Assembly: GCA_963707025.1 (NCBI GenBank)
Contig: CAVPOM010000015.1
Span: 32,001-96,000 of the forward strand
Length of the DNA stretch: 64,000 nt
Source of the DNA: an uncultured Verrucomicrobiae bacterium
GTDB lineage: Bacteria > Verrucomicrobiota > Verrucomicrobiia > Limisphaerales > Palsa-1400
Reading direction: 5' to 3'
Part shown: positions 38,543 to 49,083 of the stretch, one piece after another
How the letters are laid out: each line of letters begins with the position of its first letter
Position numbering within the stretch: position 1 is the stretch's first letter
Translations under genes and position numbers: made by a program
The notes under the pieces: model-generated
Told to the model about the DNA's origin: nothing
The model's input: the letters and a program-made list of their open reading frames with translations, nothing else
Database searches by the model: none

Positions 38543-40465
38543 TTACCGGCCCGGAACCGCCGCTGGCGCGGCCTCGTTCAATTCAAGGCGGAGGTAATCG
38601 TAGATCACGCCATTGTTGACAGGGCCGGCGGGGACGGTGAGCGTGAGGGTATTGGCGCCGGCCTGCATGAGTGCGGCATCGAAGGCCACTTCGCGCTCAT
38701 ACCAGATCCCCTGGATCGAGTGCCGGGTGATGGCGCCGTCGCCGATGAGGCGCTCCACCTGCCCGGCCGGCTTGTCATTCACCGAGACGTTGATACTCCG
38801 GGCACCCCCTCCGCAGATGGCCAGGCGCAAGGTCGCCGTGCCGTGTGGCGCGACCGGCAGGTCGAAGGTAATCTTGAACGGAGTGGCGCGGCCGGGGCCG
38901 CGGACTCCAAAGAAAGGCGCCGATTTGGCGTTGGGATCTTCGTTGTGCGGCACCTGCTGGAAGAACCAGTCTTTCCGGAAATCACTCTGGCCGATGACAT
39001 AGTTGACATCGTTGGGAAAGAGCTTGGCATACTGCAACGAAATCTCGGGATCGGCGCAGGCATCCGCCATGAAGAATTCCGAACCGTTGCGATTGGGAAT
39101 GCCGATGTCCCAAAGCTGGCGCCCGCGACGCACCGGTGTCCAGACGATCCGGCCCAGGTTGACGCGTTTGCCAGGTTCGACAACGATGTCCGCCCGGTTA
39201 AATTCCCCGAGCACTCCATCCGCCATCGCACGCAATGTGTAGCGGCCCGGGCGGACGTTGGGGATGACAAAAGCCCCGCGCTCGCCGCCGCGCACCCAAA
39301 ATTCGTAGTCCTTGGCGTCCGTCTGCCAGTCAATCATCCGCGAACCGCTTGGTCCGTTGGTCCTGGCGATTGGCGAGGGGTAAGCAGCGACGGTCAGTCC
39401 GACCAGCAGATTGGGGGTCGAGCCGCCCGTTGCCGCCGGGTCGCGCAAGTCCAGTTGGCCTTCGACCGTAGCGCGCTCGTTGTGCCTCGGGTAATCCACT
39501 CCAGCGACCCAATCATAGGGCCACTTCGCGCTCTCGGTCTGCTGGCGGGCTTGTGCGTCCTTCCAGAGTCCTTCCGTGTCGTGACCGGAGTTGATGTAGA
39601 GGAAGAACGGGCCGACAACTTTCGTCCAGTGTTCGCCTTCGCCTACCTCGACGGCCGCGCCGCCGTAGTGGCTGCTCCGCCAGTAATTGTGCAGGCACGG
39701 GGCGGCGACCGGCGTGGTGTCGCGATGGCAGAGAAACTCCACCTTGGTCGGGCCGCCGCTCAAATACTCCTCGCTGGGGTTGACCAGCCAGAAACCGGTC
39801 TGGTGGCCGGGACTGGACCAGCCATAAACCGGATGGTCGAATTGCACGGCTGTATAAATATACTTGTCACCTTCGTGAAGGCTCGCGGGGAAGGCCATGC
39901 TGCGTTTGGCGTCGAGGGTCATCCAATCGAACATGTCCGCCAACTTGGCGCAATAACGCGCTTCGGTCATCGTCGCCGCCGGGTAGCCGGGCAGGTGGTC
40001 GAAGGTGCAATAGGTATAGACGCCCGCACCGCCGCGCCCAACGGTGTAACGAATCTCGATATCGGCCGGAAAATCGCCGCCCTGGCCGGCGCCCGGCCCA
40101 TGCCCCATCCTCTTGCCGCCGGAGATGCCCTTGACGGAAACCTCTCCGCGTTCCCCGCCGTTGGTGGCCGGGTTGATCGTGATGGCGGTGAGGGTTTGTG
40201 TCCCGCCCGAGGTGTCGTGCGACCAATAACCGCCGGAATGGCCGGAATTAAAATTGAGGGTCTCGACGCCCTGGTATTGGAGCGAGAGCAAATCCCCTGA
40301 TTTTTTGTCCACGCGTGCCGTGACGATGCCGTTGGCCAGCGTGAACGAAGACGCGTTTTCCTGCACGGTCACAGGCGCGTCGGGAGCCGCCGCCGTCGCG
40401 GTGAAAGTGGCCAGCGCGACCAGGCCAACGCCGGCGGCGCGAGTGATGAAATGTATGGGACGCAT
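38543..40465 (-). CDS. Rhamnogalacturonan lyase (PL4-like), secreted
   Basis: Signal peptide; EYLSGGPTK, SSHYGG, WTKVVGPF, WPYDW, F.IPNVRPG.YTL, LWDIGIPNR, YDYLRLE. Confidence 0.85.
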   Translation of the reverse strand: MRPIHFITRAAGVGLVALATFTATAAAPDAPVTVQENASSFTLANGIVTARVDKKSGDLLSLQYQGVETLNFNSGHSGGYWSHDTSGGTQTLTAITINPATNGGERGEVSVKGISGGKRMGHGPGAGQGGDFPADIEIRYTVGRGGAGVYTYCTFDHLPGYPAATMTEARYCAKLADMFDWMTLDAKRSMAFPASLHEGDKYIYTAVQFDHPVYGWSSPGHQTGFWLVNPSEEYLSGGPTKVEFLCHRDTTPVAAPCLHNYWRSSHYGGAAVEVGEGEHWTKVVGPFFLYINSGHDTEGLWKDAQARQQTESAKWPYDWVAGVDYPRHNERATVEGQLDLRDPAATGGSTPNLLVGLTVAAYPSPIARTNGPSGSRMIDWQTDAKDYEFWVRGGERGAFVIPNVRPGRYTLRAMADGVLGEFNRADIVVEPGKRVNLGRIVWTPVRRGRQLWDIGIPNRNGSEFFMADACADPEISLQYAKLFPNDVNYVIGQSDFRKDWFFQQVPHNEDPNAKSAPFFGVRGPGRATPFKITFDLPVAPHGTATLRLAICGGGARSINVSVNDKPAGQVERLIGDGAITRHSIQGIWYEREVAFDAALMQAGANTLTLTVPAGPVNNGVIYDYLRLELNEAAPAAVPGR

Positions 40466-40538
40466 GGGTGTTTCCTCAGTGCAGGTGATAAACTGGTTCA
40501 AATATCGGTTGTCAGCGTATTGAAACCGGCGGCTCCGG

Positions 40539-42845
40539 TCAGCGCATGTTCGCGCCCATCCACTGGATGATCCGATCCTGCGTCACCTCGGGGAGGCGGT
40601 TGTAATCCCAAGGCTCATCCAGCACCAGCTTGTCCGTGGCGCTGTAAAACGAATAGACCTTCTTCGCCTGATTGACGGCGGTCTTTACGTCCGCCGGTGT
40701 GGCATCGCGGTCCAGTTCCGGTTGCAGCACGTAAACCGGCCGCGGCGCGATCGCCCCCAGCAATTCGTTGTAGTCATAAGGAAGCTGCGCTTCGTGCCCG
40801 ATGAAGAATCCCAGCCGGGGCAGCAGCGGCAGCTCCACACTGTAGCGAGCCAGGCCGCCGGTGCCTTTGGCGGCGGTGTCGGTCCGCATGGGCGTAAATC
40901 CGCAGATGGAAACCACGCCTTTGACGCGCGGGTCGAGCGCGGCGGTGTGCAGCGCGACGATCCCGCCCATCGAATAGCCGTAAAGATAGATTCGATTCGG
41001 GTCAATCATGCTGTCGTTTTGCAAGGCGTCAATGACCGCGCGCGTATCCGCGACCATCCGGCCCAATCGCGACCAGTGCGGGAAGCGATCAAAGAAAGTC
41101 TTGAACTCGTCGGTGCGGCTGCCGTGGCCGGTTTGATCAAATCCAACGACCGCATAGCCGGCCCGGACCAGCGCCAGGATGGGATGCAGGTCAGGGTTCT
41201 GGCGATAGACCCACATGTAACCCATCGGATAGCTGAACCCATGGAGCCAGATGACGGCCGGCAGCCTTGCATTCGTCGCCGTATTCGTTGGATAATACAC
41301 CTCGGCGCGCGTGCCTTCGCCAAAGGTGAAGCTGCGGTATTCGGTTCGACCCTTCTGCGGCTGGAGCCAGCCGAAGGAACTGCCCCGGCTGATGGCCCAA
41401 TCCACGACATCATCGCGCTTCCTTTGCAGGGGATCAGGCCCGGCTTTGCCACCGTCGCGGCTGCCCAGCATCCACTCCACTGATTTGCGAACCTCGGCGG
41501 ACTTCTTTTCCCAATCCGCCGCCGTTTTCACCATGCCCAGGATATCATTGTCGCCATGCGCGGGATACCCGCTCAGGTTAACCGCCTCCTGATGGTCGGT
41601 GCGCCATTTGTCGAAATCCCAAGGGAAGAGGAAATCGTTATGCCACGTTTCCTTGGACTTGCCGAACTGGATGTCCAGCCAGTTCATGGTGGCGTTCAGA
41701 TCGTTGGCGCCATGATGCCCGGGCGGGTGCAGGATGCTGTTGCGCTCCGCAACACCGAGCAATTGGTACACCTCCTCCGCCGAGTAGCAGCTCTGTTCGT
41801 TGCCGTAGATATTGCCGACCTCGTCGCTCAACCCATAGATGCTGAGAATCGAGCGGGGCGCGATGGCAGCGGCCAGCAGGTTGCCGTCAATCGGCAGGCG
41901 GTCTTCGCGGCCAGTGAAGAAGCGCAGGCGCGGAGTGAACCACGCAGGAAAGCTGCGGGTGGTGCTCTCAATCCCCTCCGCGCTGCCCCGCTCACTGGCG
42001 GATCGCCAGGGCAGCACGCCGCCCACGCCGGTGCTGCCGGCCACGCAAGCGGTGATGCGCTCATCCAGCATGGCGGCGATGGCGGCCATCTTGCCGGTGC
42101 GGGAATAGCCGGTGATGGCGATGCAGTGCCGGTCCACTTGCGGCAGCGTGTAAAGGTAATCTATGATCAATTGGGCGGTGAAGGCGGTCTGGCCCATCGT
42201 GCCAAAAGTGTAGCCGGGATAGTATTGGGCGATGTTGGGTGCGCTGGGCGGGTCCACGCTCTGGTTCATCGAGCATGCGATGTACCCGCGGCTGGTGATG
42301 CCGGGCGAACCACCAATGAGGACTGGAAATGGCCCGGTTCCGGGCGGAATGGTCAACGTGACTCGCGTTGTGATCTTGCTTTCCGGGCCATACTGCAAAT
42401 CAACGATGTTCGTGACCGATCCCGGTGCCGGTGCGCCGCCGCGTCCGCCGCCGCCGAAACCCCGTCTGCCGCCGGCGCCCGCGGTGGCGGGATCCACCGG
42501 CACAATCTTGTCGAGCTTGGGCTTGGGTGGGATTGTGCCGATGTCGTACGTTTCATATAGCTGGATGACCTCGGCGCGGCGCTCATTCCAGTCTTGCGGC
42601 GTCTTCACTTTTCGCCTTCCGTCCGCGAAGGTGAGCGGGTCCGGCAGACTGTTGAGGCGCGGCAGCGCGTCAAAATCCGGCGGCAACTCCCTGGTCTTCT
42701 CGATCCAATTGGTGAACGACTGGACTGGCGGCAGTATTTGCTGCAAGTGGTCGAGATACTGGCGGCGCTGCTCGAGGGTTGCGGACCAAAGGCAACCGGC
42801 AGACACCAGAATGGCCAGCAAGGTGCAAGAGAGTTGTTTTTGCAT
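40539..42845 (-). CDS. Secreted CE15-like esterase fused to a second alpha/beta hydrolase
   Basis: LPDPL, TGYSRTGK, DRLPID..AIAPR; second domain WLHG..GYSMGG..IAPRP. Confidence 0.75.
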   Translation of the reverse strand: MQKQLSCTLLAILVSAGCLWSATLEQRRQYLDHLQQILPPVQSFTNWIEKTRELPPDFDALPRLNSLPDPLTFADGRRKVKTPQDWNERRAEVIQLYETYDIGTIPPKPKLDKIVPVDPATAGAGGRRGFGGGGRGGAPAPGSVTNIVDLQYGPESKITTRVTLTIPPGTGPFPVLIGGSPGITSRGYIACSMNQSVDPPSAPNIAQYYPGYTFGTMGQTAFTAQLIIDYLYTLPQVDRHCIAITGYSRTGKMAAIAAMLDERITACVAGSTGVGGVLPWRSASERGSAEGIESTTRSFPAWFTPRLRFFTGREDRLPIDGNLLAAAIAPRSILSIYGLSDEVGNIYGNEQSCYSAEEVYQLLGVAERNSILHPPGHHGANDLNATMNWLDIQFGKSKETWHNDFLFPWDFDKWRTDHQEAVNLSGYPAHGDNDILGMVKTAADWEKKSAEVRKSVEWMLGSRDGGKAGPDPLQRKRDDVVDWAISRGSSFGWLQPQKGRTEYRSFTFGEGTRAEVYYPTNTATNARLPAVIWLHGFSYPMGYMWVYRQNPDLHPILALVRAGYAVVGFDQTGHGSRTDEFKTFFDRFPHWSRLGRMVADTRAVIDALQNDSMIDPNRIYLYGYSMGGIVALHTAALDPRVKGVVSICGFTPMRTDTAAKGTGGLARYSVELPLLPRLGFFIGHEAQLPYDYNELLGAIAPRPVYVLQPELDRDATPADVKTAVNQAKKVYSFYSATDKLVLDEPWDYNRLPEVTQDRIIQWMGANMR

Positions 42846-43292
42846 AACGACGAGGCGTTGCATCGGAGTCTATGCTTTCGGCAGCGCTCGTCAAGTCTCC
42901 TGCCCCGACAGTCTCCTGCTCCGTCTTCGGCGCTTGTGGCCACGCCGCTGTGCCCGCCTTGATTTGATTTGCGCGGCGCAGGCCGTCGTTCAGGGGGAGA
43001 GGCAACGGTTGAAAACATCCTCGCTGATGAAGTCCCCGGGAACGCGTACGATCCATCAAGAGTTTCTTCATTTTCTCAAGCGTCTGGACGGCGAATTTCC
43101 CCACGAACCGGACCTGAATGCAGCCCTCCGCCTTTGACCAGACTTCTCGCCGCAAACGATGCGCTCGACAAACTTACGGGCAAGGGATCAACAACTTTGG
43201 ACTACCCTAAACAAGCTTGGTCATCGTTGGCTTTGTTGCCACGGCATGTTGTCACTGGCACATGATTTGACGCAAGTACTTGATAATCGAGA

Positions 43293-43324
43293 TGGCGACC
43301 CTAAGGAGAGTCGAACCCCTGCTA
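43293..43324 (-). other. tRNA 3'-end fragment (Glu-like), probable att core
   Basis: Minus strand TAGCAGGGGTTCGACTCTCCTTAGGGTCGCCA contains a T-arm, acceptor 3' strand and CCA; no 5' half. Confidence 0.75.
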
Positions 43325-43428
43325 CGGAGAAGGTGCTTTTGAAAGTCGTAAGTTGTTGATTTGCAGCATACTGAACAATAGTGAATAATAGTGATTTACA
43401 TACATTTTACATACAGTAGTATCGGGGC

Positions 43429-43620
43429 ATGGCGTGGCTTTACAAACGACCAGGATCGAAAATGTGGTGGATTGGTTGGCGCGATGGCGGCAGGCAATTC
43501 CTCCTGAGCACCAAAACCGCCGACAAATCCGCAGCCCTCAAAAAATTGCACGAGCAGGAACATCTGATGCAAATTCGCATTGATGGCCGGCTGACAGAGC
43601 AGTTCATTGAAGCGATATTG
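43429..43620 (+). pseudogene. Tyrosine integrase N-terminal (arm-binding) remnant
   Basis: MAWLYKRPGSKMWWIGWRDGGRQFLLSTKTADKSAA; no catalytic domain follows. Confidence 0.65.
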
Positions 43621-43677
43621 CTGAATTGCGGGGTACACTGCAAAGTTGCAAGTCTGTCGGTCTGCCAATTGGAAAGG

Positions 43678-44412
43678 ATGGCCGTGTCCGGTGTGCGGTT
43701 CGGCCGTACCGGACGACCACAGGCCGCAACAACCCCCGGGCGCGAGACTTCATATTCGCACGGAGTGCGTGGTTTCGGCACACCACCAAAGGAAACGGCG
43801 TCGCCAGTTTTGCCGGAGAAACGGCGCCTGTATTGGTCGTGGAATTTTACGTTGGTGATCGGCGGGGAGGAATGGCCTCCCAATAAAGGGCACCACTTTG
43901 AGGATTTTCACAACGATCCCGACAAGGTTACAGCCTTGTTAAGGTGCTGCGATAGCTGGTTTAATTCAGCGATTCCAGAATATATTCAGGCCCACGTCAG
44001 GCGCAGCATCCTGGAAGAGGTGGAGAAGGTGGCTGGTCCTGGGGAAATCCCGAAGACGGAAGTGATGGTCGAACTCAATTACGAATTCAAAATATGGACG
44101 CCGGGTGAAAGGCCACTTGAATTGAAAGGCACAAAGGAACATGCGATCAAGCTGGACCGGCAACTGCGGGGTCATCTCATGGCAGTCAAATATTCTTTTG
44201 AACAAGGTATTTTCAGGTTCGCCAGAGCGCATTTCCGCCACTTGGCGGCCGGTTGGATCCAAAGACTGCCGCCGAGCGCAGCACGCGAAAATGCCTTGAG
44301 GCAAATCAAACAGGACCTGGGCCAGATAGTTGGACCAGACATGCTGGCGGAGGACGAACTCCCGCCGACCGTTCAAGACATTGAAATCGCCAATCCGGAC
44401 ATTGCTGACTAA
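43678..44412 (+). CDS. Hypothetical protein, in frame with the integrase remnant
   Basis: Long open frame; no recognised motif; start uncertain. Confidence 0.45.
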   Translation: MAVSGVRFGRTGRPQAATTPGRETSYSHGVRGFGTPPKETASPVLPEKRRLYWSWNFTLVIGGEEWPPNKGHHFEDFHNDPDKVTALLRCCDSWFNSAIPEYIQAHVRRSILEEVEKVAGPGEIPKTEVMVELNYEFKIWTPGERPLELKGTKEHAIKLDRQLRGHLMAVKYSFEQGIFRFARAHFRHLAAGWIQRLPPSAARENALRQIKQDLGQIVGPDMLAEDELPPTVQDIEIANPDIAD

Positions 44413-44441
44413 ACCAAATTTGTCCGCAAACCCTAATCGGC

Positions 44442-45326
44442 TTAAGCAGGGGTGGCTGGGCGGTCCTTTTTGTCGGCGTTTTGCTGGCTCAATCGGATCA
44501 TCCGGTCAATAGCGGGCTGCACCATTCGTTCGAGGGTTTCCATTACGGGATGGTATTTATAAATCTCGCCGAGAGCGTCGGCCACCGTATTGGGCTGGGG
44601 TTCCTCACGCTGTATTCGCTTATCTGCAATAACCAGAGCCTTGGCGCAAGCGACGACCGGTGCGGCAACGTCCTGATCCGCTCCATGCCGGACGCGGGTT
44701 GCTGCGGCCTCAAGTATTTCGCGTTCGAAATCCTCTCGCAATGCATCAAGGGATTGGCGGCCCCCGTTTGCCTTGACCCCGGCAAGCCGGATAACCTCCC
44801 GGGCGCCATGACGGAAACCCGCCCGCAGCAAGAGCAATCCTTCGTTATCGGTACCACTGTTGAGCCGGAGGCCATCAGGGTTCAGTAGTTGAGTGATGTA
44901 ACCAGGTTCATCCAGCCGATCCCTCGCATTGAAAAACAATTGGTCAAATATCCTGGCCGCGTCCAATGAGATCTTCATAAAGTTAGCGATACTCGCCAAG
45001 GTCACGTTTGCGGAGACCAGCAACCCCGTCAACACATTGCGCATCGTCGTATTTTGCGGCCCGGCCAAGGCCAACACCTCGTCCATTGATTCAATATAGC
45101 CTCCACGTAAATAAGCATTGGCTTCCTGAAATTCAATATTGTCAATGTCCAATGGCAGAGGTAAACCATCCTCATTGAGAGATTTGACCCAATTCCATCC
45201 AAACTTGGGGTCATTTAGGGCGAGGGCAAGCCGGCCGGCCCGGCTGCGGCCTACACCGTTCAGTCTAAAATACACAGAATCTTCCGGCAGGAATTCGACT
45301 AGCTGGGCGATATAGGCTTTGTTCAT
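44442..45326 (-). CDS. Hypothetical protein, possible HTH
   Basis: 294 aa; TLASIANFMKISLDAARIFDQLFFNARDRL segment. Confidence 0.6.
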   Translation of the reverse strand: MNKAYIAQLVEFLPEDSVYFRLNGVGRSRAGRLALALNDPKFGWNWVKSLNEDGLPLPLDIDNIEFQEANAYLRGGYIESMDEVLALAGPQNTTMRNVLTGLLVSANVTLASIANFMKISLDAARIFDQLFFNARDRLDEPGYITQLLNPDGLRLNSGTDNEGLLLLRAGFRHGAREVIRLAGVKANGGRQSLDALREDFEREILEAAATRVRHGADQDVAAPVVACAKALVIADKRIQREEPQPNTVADALGEIYKYHPVMETLERMVQPAIDRMIRLSQQNADKKDRPATPA

Positions 45327-45717
45327 GGATGGTAGTTTATTCTACTAGCGGATAATAGTCCAGCTACGAAGAGACTCACCTTTAAGCAGAAGGCGGTTGC
45401 ATGTGTAAACATTCTTTTATAGAAGGATTAAGTGCAGACGGACTTACTTGGGATATACCTTAGCGGACCCTGACCCGGCATTAATGTGCCAACCGGGAGC
45501 CAAAAGCGTGCTATAAACGATCCTAGCGCCAAATAGGGGCATTTTAAGGGACGGTTGGCAGATGGATGTGCCCCGGGCGGGCCATTAGGTCGAACCTCCC
45601 GGCTTTCGGACCGAACTATCCATGCTGCTTCCTCCAGCGCCTTTCGGCCGAACGCTGAGGGTCTCGGCCACTTTGATTTCGACTTGGCGCATGAATTTGA
45701 TTACCTTTCAAGCTGGC

Positions 45718-47622
45718 ATGTCCACCATCCTCGCCGCCACCGATTTGGTCATCCGCTACAACGAGCGGACGATCTTGGACGGTGCCACGCTGGGCCTGGA
45801 CGAAGGCGACCGCATCGGGTTGGTCGGACGCAACGGCTGCGGCAAGACGACGTTCCTGAGAATCCTTGCCGGCCTGCAAGCGCCAGATAGTGGGGAAGTG
45901 ACGGCCCGGGGCGAATTGGTGGTGAGTTATTTGCCGCAGGATTTCACACTGGAGGCGTCGCTGGACGTGCGTGACAATGTTCGCCGGGGGGCCTGGCGCA
46001 CGCTGGATTTGATCGCGGAATTTGAATCCTTGCCCGTCGCCTCCAAACGGCACGAGGAACTGGAGCGCCGCATTCAGGCGCTGGACGGCTGGACGCTGGA
46101 TCAACGAGTCGAAACGGCGATGTCGCATCTGAACTGCCCGCCGGGGGAACGGCGGATGGATTCCCTGTCGGGCGGCGAGCAGCGGCGTGTGGCGTTGGCC
46201 CGGGCCATTGTGTCGCGGCCGGAACTGCTCTTGCTGGACGAGCCGACGAATCATCTGGACCCGGAGTCCATCGAATGGTTGGCCGGATTTCTGGAAACTT
46301 TCCGCGGCGCGTTTCTCGTCGTCACGCACGACCGCTATTTCCTGGACCGGGTGGCCAACCGCATTGTGGAATTGTGCGAGGGAAAGTTCTTCGGCCACGC
46401 CGGCAACTATACGGATTACTTGTTGGACAAGGCCGAGCGGCAGGTGGCGGACGCGGCCATTGAGCACAAGCGCCAGATGTTCCTGAAGAAGGAACTGGCC
46501 TGGGTGCGCCAGGGTCCTCGCGCGCAGCGGAGCAAACAGAAGAACCGTTTCGAGCGTTACTACGAAACGGCTGCACAGGAGGCAACGCCTGTCGAGGAGG
46601 ACATGGAACTGGTCATTCCGCCGCCGCCGCCGCTGGGCAACCGCGTGGTGGAGTTAACGAACATTGGCATGGAACTCGGAGGCCGGAGGCTGTTCCACGG
46701 ATTCAACTTCGAGTTTGAAACTGGCCAGCGCGTGGGCGTCTGCGGAACAAACGGTGCCGGCAAAACGACTTTGCTCAAACTCATCGTCGGCCAACTTGCG
46801 CCGACCGAAGGCACGGTGAAGGCGGGCCAGCTTACCAAATTCAACTACGTGGACCAGGGACGGTTGCAATTGGACGACGAACGCACCGTTCTGGACGAGG
46901 CCGCCGATGGCACGGAGTGGGTGCAGTGGGGCCAGGCCAAAATCTCTTTGCGGAGCTACCTCAAGCGGTTTCTCTTCGCCGATGATCGCATTACAACGCA
47001 GGTGAAACATCTGTCCGGCGGCGAACGCAGCCGGCTCCTCCTGGCACGCATTTTAAAGTGCGGTGGCAACTTTCTCATTCTGGACGAGCCGACCAACGAT
47101 CTGGACCTGCCGACCTTGCGCGTGCTGGAGGAGGCGTTGATGGCGTTCCCGGGTGTGGTGTGTGTCGTGAGCCACGACCGTTATTTCCTCAACCGTGTCT
47201 GCACGGACATACTTGCGTTCGAGGGCGGCGCTATCCAGCACAGCGCTGGGGACTACGATTACTACCTGGAGAAAAAGCGGCGGGAGGCGGAGAAGGCCGC
47301 GCGCTGGACAACGGACGCAACGCCGGCAAAAGCAGCGGTGATTTCAGCTCGCCGCGCCGAACCGGGGCCCAAACCGTCCAGGCCGGGGAAGCTCTCCTTC
47401 AAGCAAACGCGTGAATTGGAAGGCATCGAGCCGCAGATTCTTGCCCTGGAGGAGAAGATTGCGCGGATTGAAAGCTTGTTTGTGTCGCCGGATTTTCATC
47501 GCACCCATGCCACCCAAACCAAAGAACTGCTCGCGGAACTGGCCGCAGCGAAAGAACAGCTGTCGCGGCTTTATGCCCGGTGGGAGGAGTTGGAGGCGCT
47601 CATGTCTGCCAACGCCAAGTGA
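45718..47622 (+). CDS. ABC-F family ATPase (Uup-like)
   Basis: Two ABC domains (GRNGCGKT, LSGGE, LDEPTNHLD; GTNGAGKT, LDEPTNDLD), no TM, C-terminal ARWEELE coil. Confidence 0.92.
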   Translation: MSTILAATDLVIRYNERTILDGATLGLDEGDRIGLVGRNGCGKTTFLRILAGLQAPDSGEVTARGELVVSYLPQDFTLEASLDVRDNVRRGAWRTLDLIAEFESLPVASKRHEELERRIQALDGWTLDQRVETAMSHLNCPPGERRMDSLSGGEQRRVALARAIVSRPELLLLDEPTNHLDPESIEWLAGFLETFRGAFLVVTHDRYFLDRVANRIVELCEGKFFGHAGNYTDYLLDKAERQVADAAIEHKRQMFLKKELAWVRQGPRAQRSKQKNRFERYYETAAQEATPVEEDMELVIPPPPPLGNRVVELTNIGMELGGRRLFHGFNFEFETGQRVGVCGTNGAGKTTLLKLIVGQLAPTEGTVKAGQLTKFNYVDQGRLQLDDERTVLDEAADGTEWVQWGQAKISLRSYLKRFLFADDRITTQVKHLSGGERSRLLLARILKCGGNFLILDEPTNDLDLPTLRVLEEALMAFPGVVCVVSHDRYFLNRVCTDILAFEGGAIQHSAGDYDYYLEKKRREAEKAARWTTDATPAKAAVISARRAEPGPKPSRPGKLSFKQTRELEGIEPQILALEEKIARIESLFVSPDFHRTHATQTKELLAELAAAKEQLSRLYARWEELEALMSANAK

Positions 47623-48191
47623 GGCAGTTGTGATATTTCCATAATGTAAAGCCCGCGCACGGGCTGGAACTAAAAGGACCATTATGGGTTGACTGGATTG
47701 GCGTTGATTGGGGCGGTTTGCGCAGCGCAGTTGATGTGGGCGGTGTGGTTGGAAGCGGCGGCGGAGTGTGCGCATTTAATGCCGGGCTGGCAATTTCATT
47801 GGAATTTAATTCGAGCGTTTATTGAAATGTAAATGACTGTCCTACAGCTACTTCTGAATTAAACATTAAATCTCCAGGCGCAATTTAATTCATTATTGCC
47901 AGCATGAAATAATAATCCCCGGAAATTCGATCAAATTACAACCGTTTGCAGGGCAAAGCTTTACATTTAGATTCCATAATTAAATAAGCGCCCGGATATT
48001 CAACATTTCCCCCGGGAATGAATTCGATAAGAACCAGAAATAATAAATGTAAGGCTTTGCAGACCAGTGCTTTGCAATTAAATGCAATTCAATATGGTGG
48101 GCTGGATATTATTAGAAGTTTTTAGTGGGTGGAGAGCGGGATAAAACGAGCAGCGGGGCGGCTTGCGAGCCTCGCACTCGCGCCGTTAATC

Positions 48192-48299
48192 TGTCGGAAA
48201 CGCCTACAGATCACCGCAGCATGATGTATCATGTTTACAATGAGGCACTTACATATACAACGCGTCCAAAGTCGCCATCTTCTGTCGGAAATCACTACA
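48192..48299. promoter_or_regulatory. Two putative enhancer (bEBP) sites
   Basis: TGTCGGAAACGCCTACA and TGTCGGAAATCACTACA, both TGT-N11-ACA, 91 bp apart. Confidence 0.6.
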
Positions 48300-48421
48300 G
48301 TTGTGGCTATTCTGCCCTGCCCGCAACCAAATTGAAATGCACGGTTATTTATTTCATAACAACCTTATCATCAATTACTTGCAAACACAATGGCCGATAA
48401 ATACATAAATAATGCTAATTA

Positions 48422-48437
48422 TGGCACACTGATTGCA
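48422..48437 (+). promoter_or_regulatory. sigma54 promoter
   Basis: TGGCAC-ACTGA-TTGCA matches the consensus exactly. Confidence 0.85.
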
Positions 48438-48495
48438 TTAGATGTAGCCGTTAAAGGAGACCGCTTAACAGGCAAAGTGAGCATCATGGAAAATT

Positions 48496-49020
48496 ATGAA
48501 AATATTAAAACTTGCGTTGGTGGTTTCTGCACTGTGTGTGGCGCCTCAGGTCCGGGCGGAAGAATATAATCTAACCTATACCGGGGAATACGGCATTGAT
48601 GCGTTCGGGAACCTCGTCGTCGTCGGTGATCAAGCCGTTGGAGGATGGCTTAACGTTGCCTCGGGGGATGATGCGGGGAATTACAACTTGGTCCCCGGCA
48701 GTGGAAGCGATGCGAGCTTCATTTGGGATAGTGTCATTTATACGGGCTCCACGCCTTTCCTCGATACGACGGGTGGTCTGCAGTTTACTGATGCGGCCAC
48801 CGGTAGCGAGGTGAACATGTTCTACAATGATGGATCATGGGGTCCCGCAGGAACCTACGCCCTGTGGGGCGCTCCGCCCAGTTGGAACATGGAATCCTAT
48901 GGGACGGCCACGTTGACGCCTATGATCAGCGATCCAGTTCCAGATGGCGGCTTTACTGTTGTCCTCTTGGGCGGCGCGCTGGTCGCTCTGCAATCATTCC
49001 GACGCAAGCTGTTCTGCTGA
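48496..49020 (+). CDS. VPDSG-CTERM (exosortase-sorted) surface protein
   Basis: Signal peptide; C-terminal VPDGG + TM + RRK. Confidence 0.88.
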   Translation: MKILKLALVVSALCVAPQVRAEEYNLTYTGEYGIDAFGNLVVVGDQAVGGWLNVASGDDAGNYNLVPGSGSDASFIWDSVIYTGSTPFLDTTGGLQFTDAATGSEVNMFYNDGSWGPAGTYALWGAPPSWNMESYGTATLTPMISDPVPDGGFTVVLLGGALVALQSFRRKLFC

Positions 49021-49083
49021 AAACGCAGCCAGTCAAAGGTGAAACCGTCATTGAAATTGAATCGATAAAACTGGAGATTTCCC

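Noticed and set aside
43293..43324. Functional tRNA gene
   Set aside because: Only the T-arm and 3' acceptor strand are present.
43429..44412. Full-length integrase
   Set aside because: No catalytic R/HxxR/Y motifs after the N-terminal ~60 aa.
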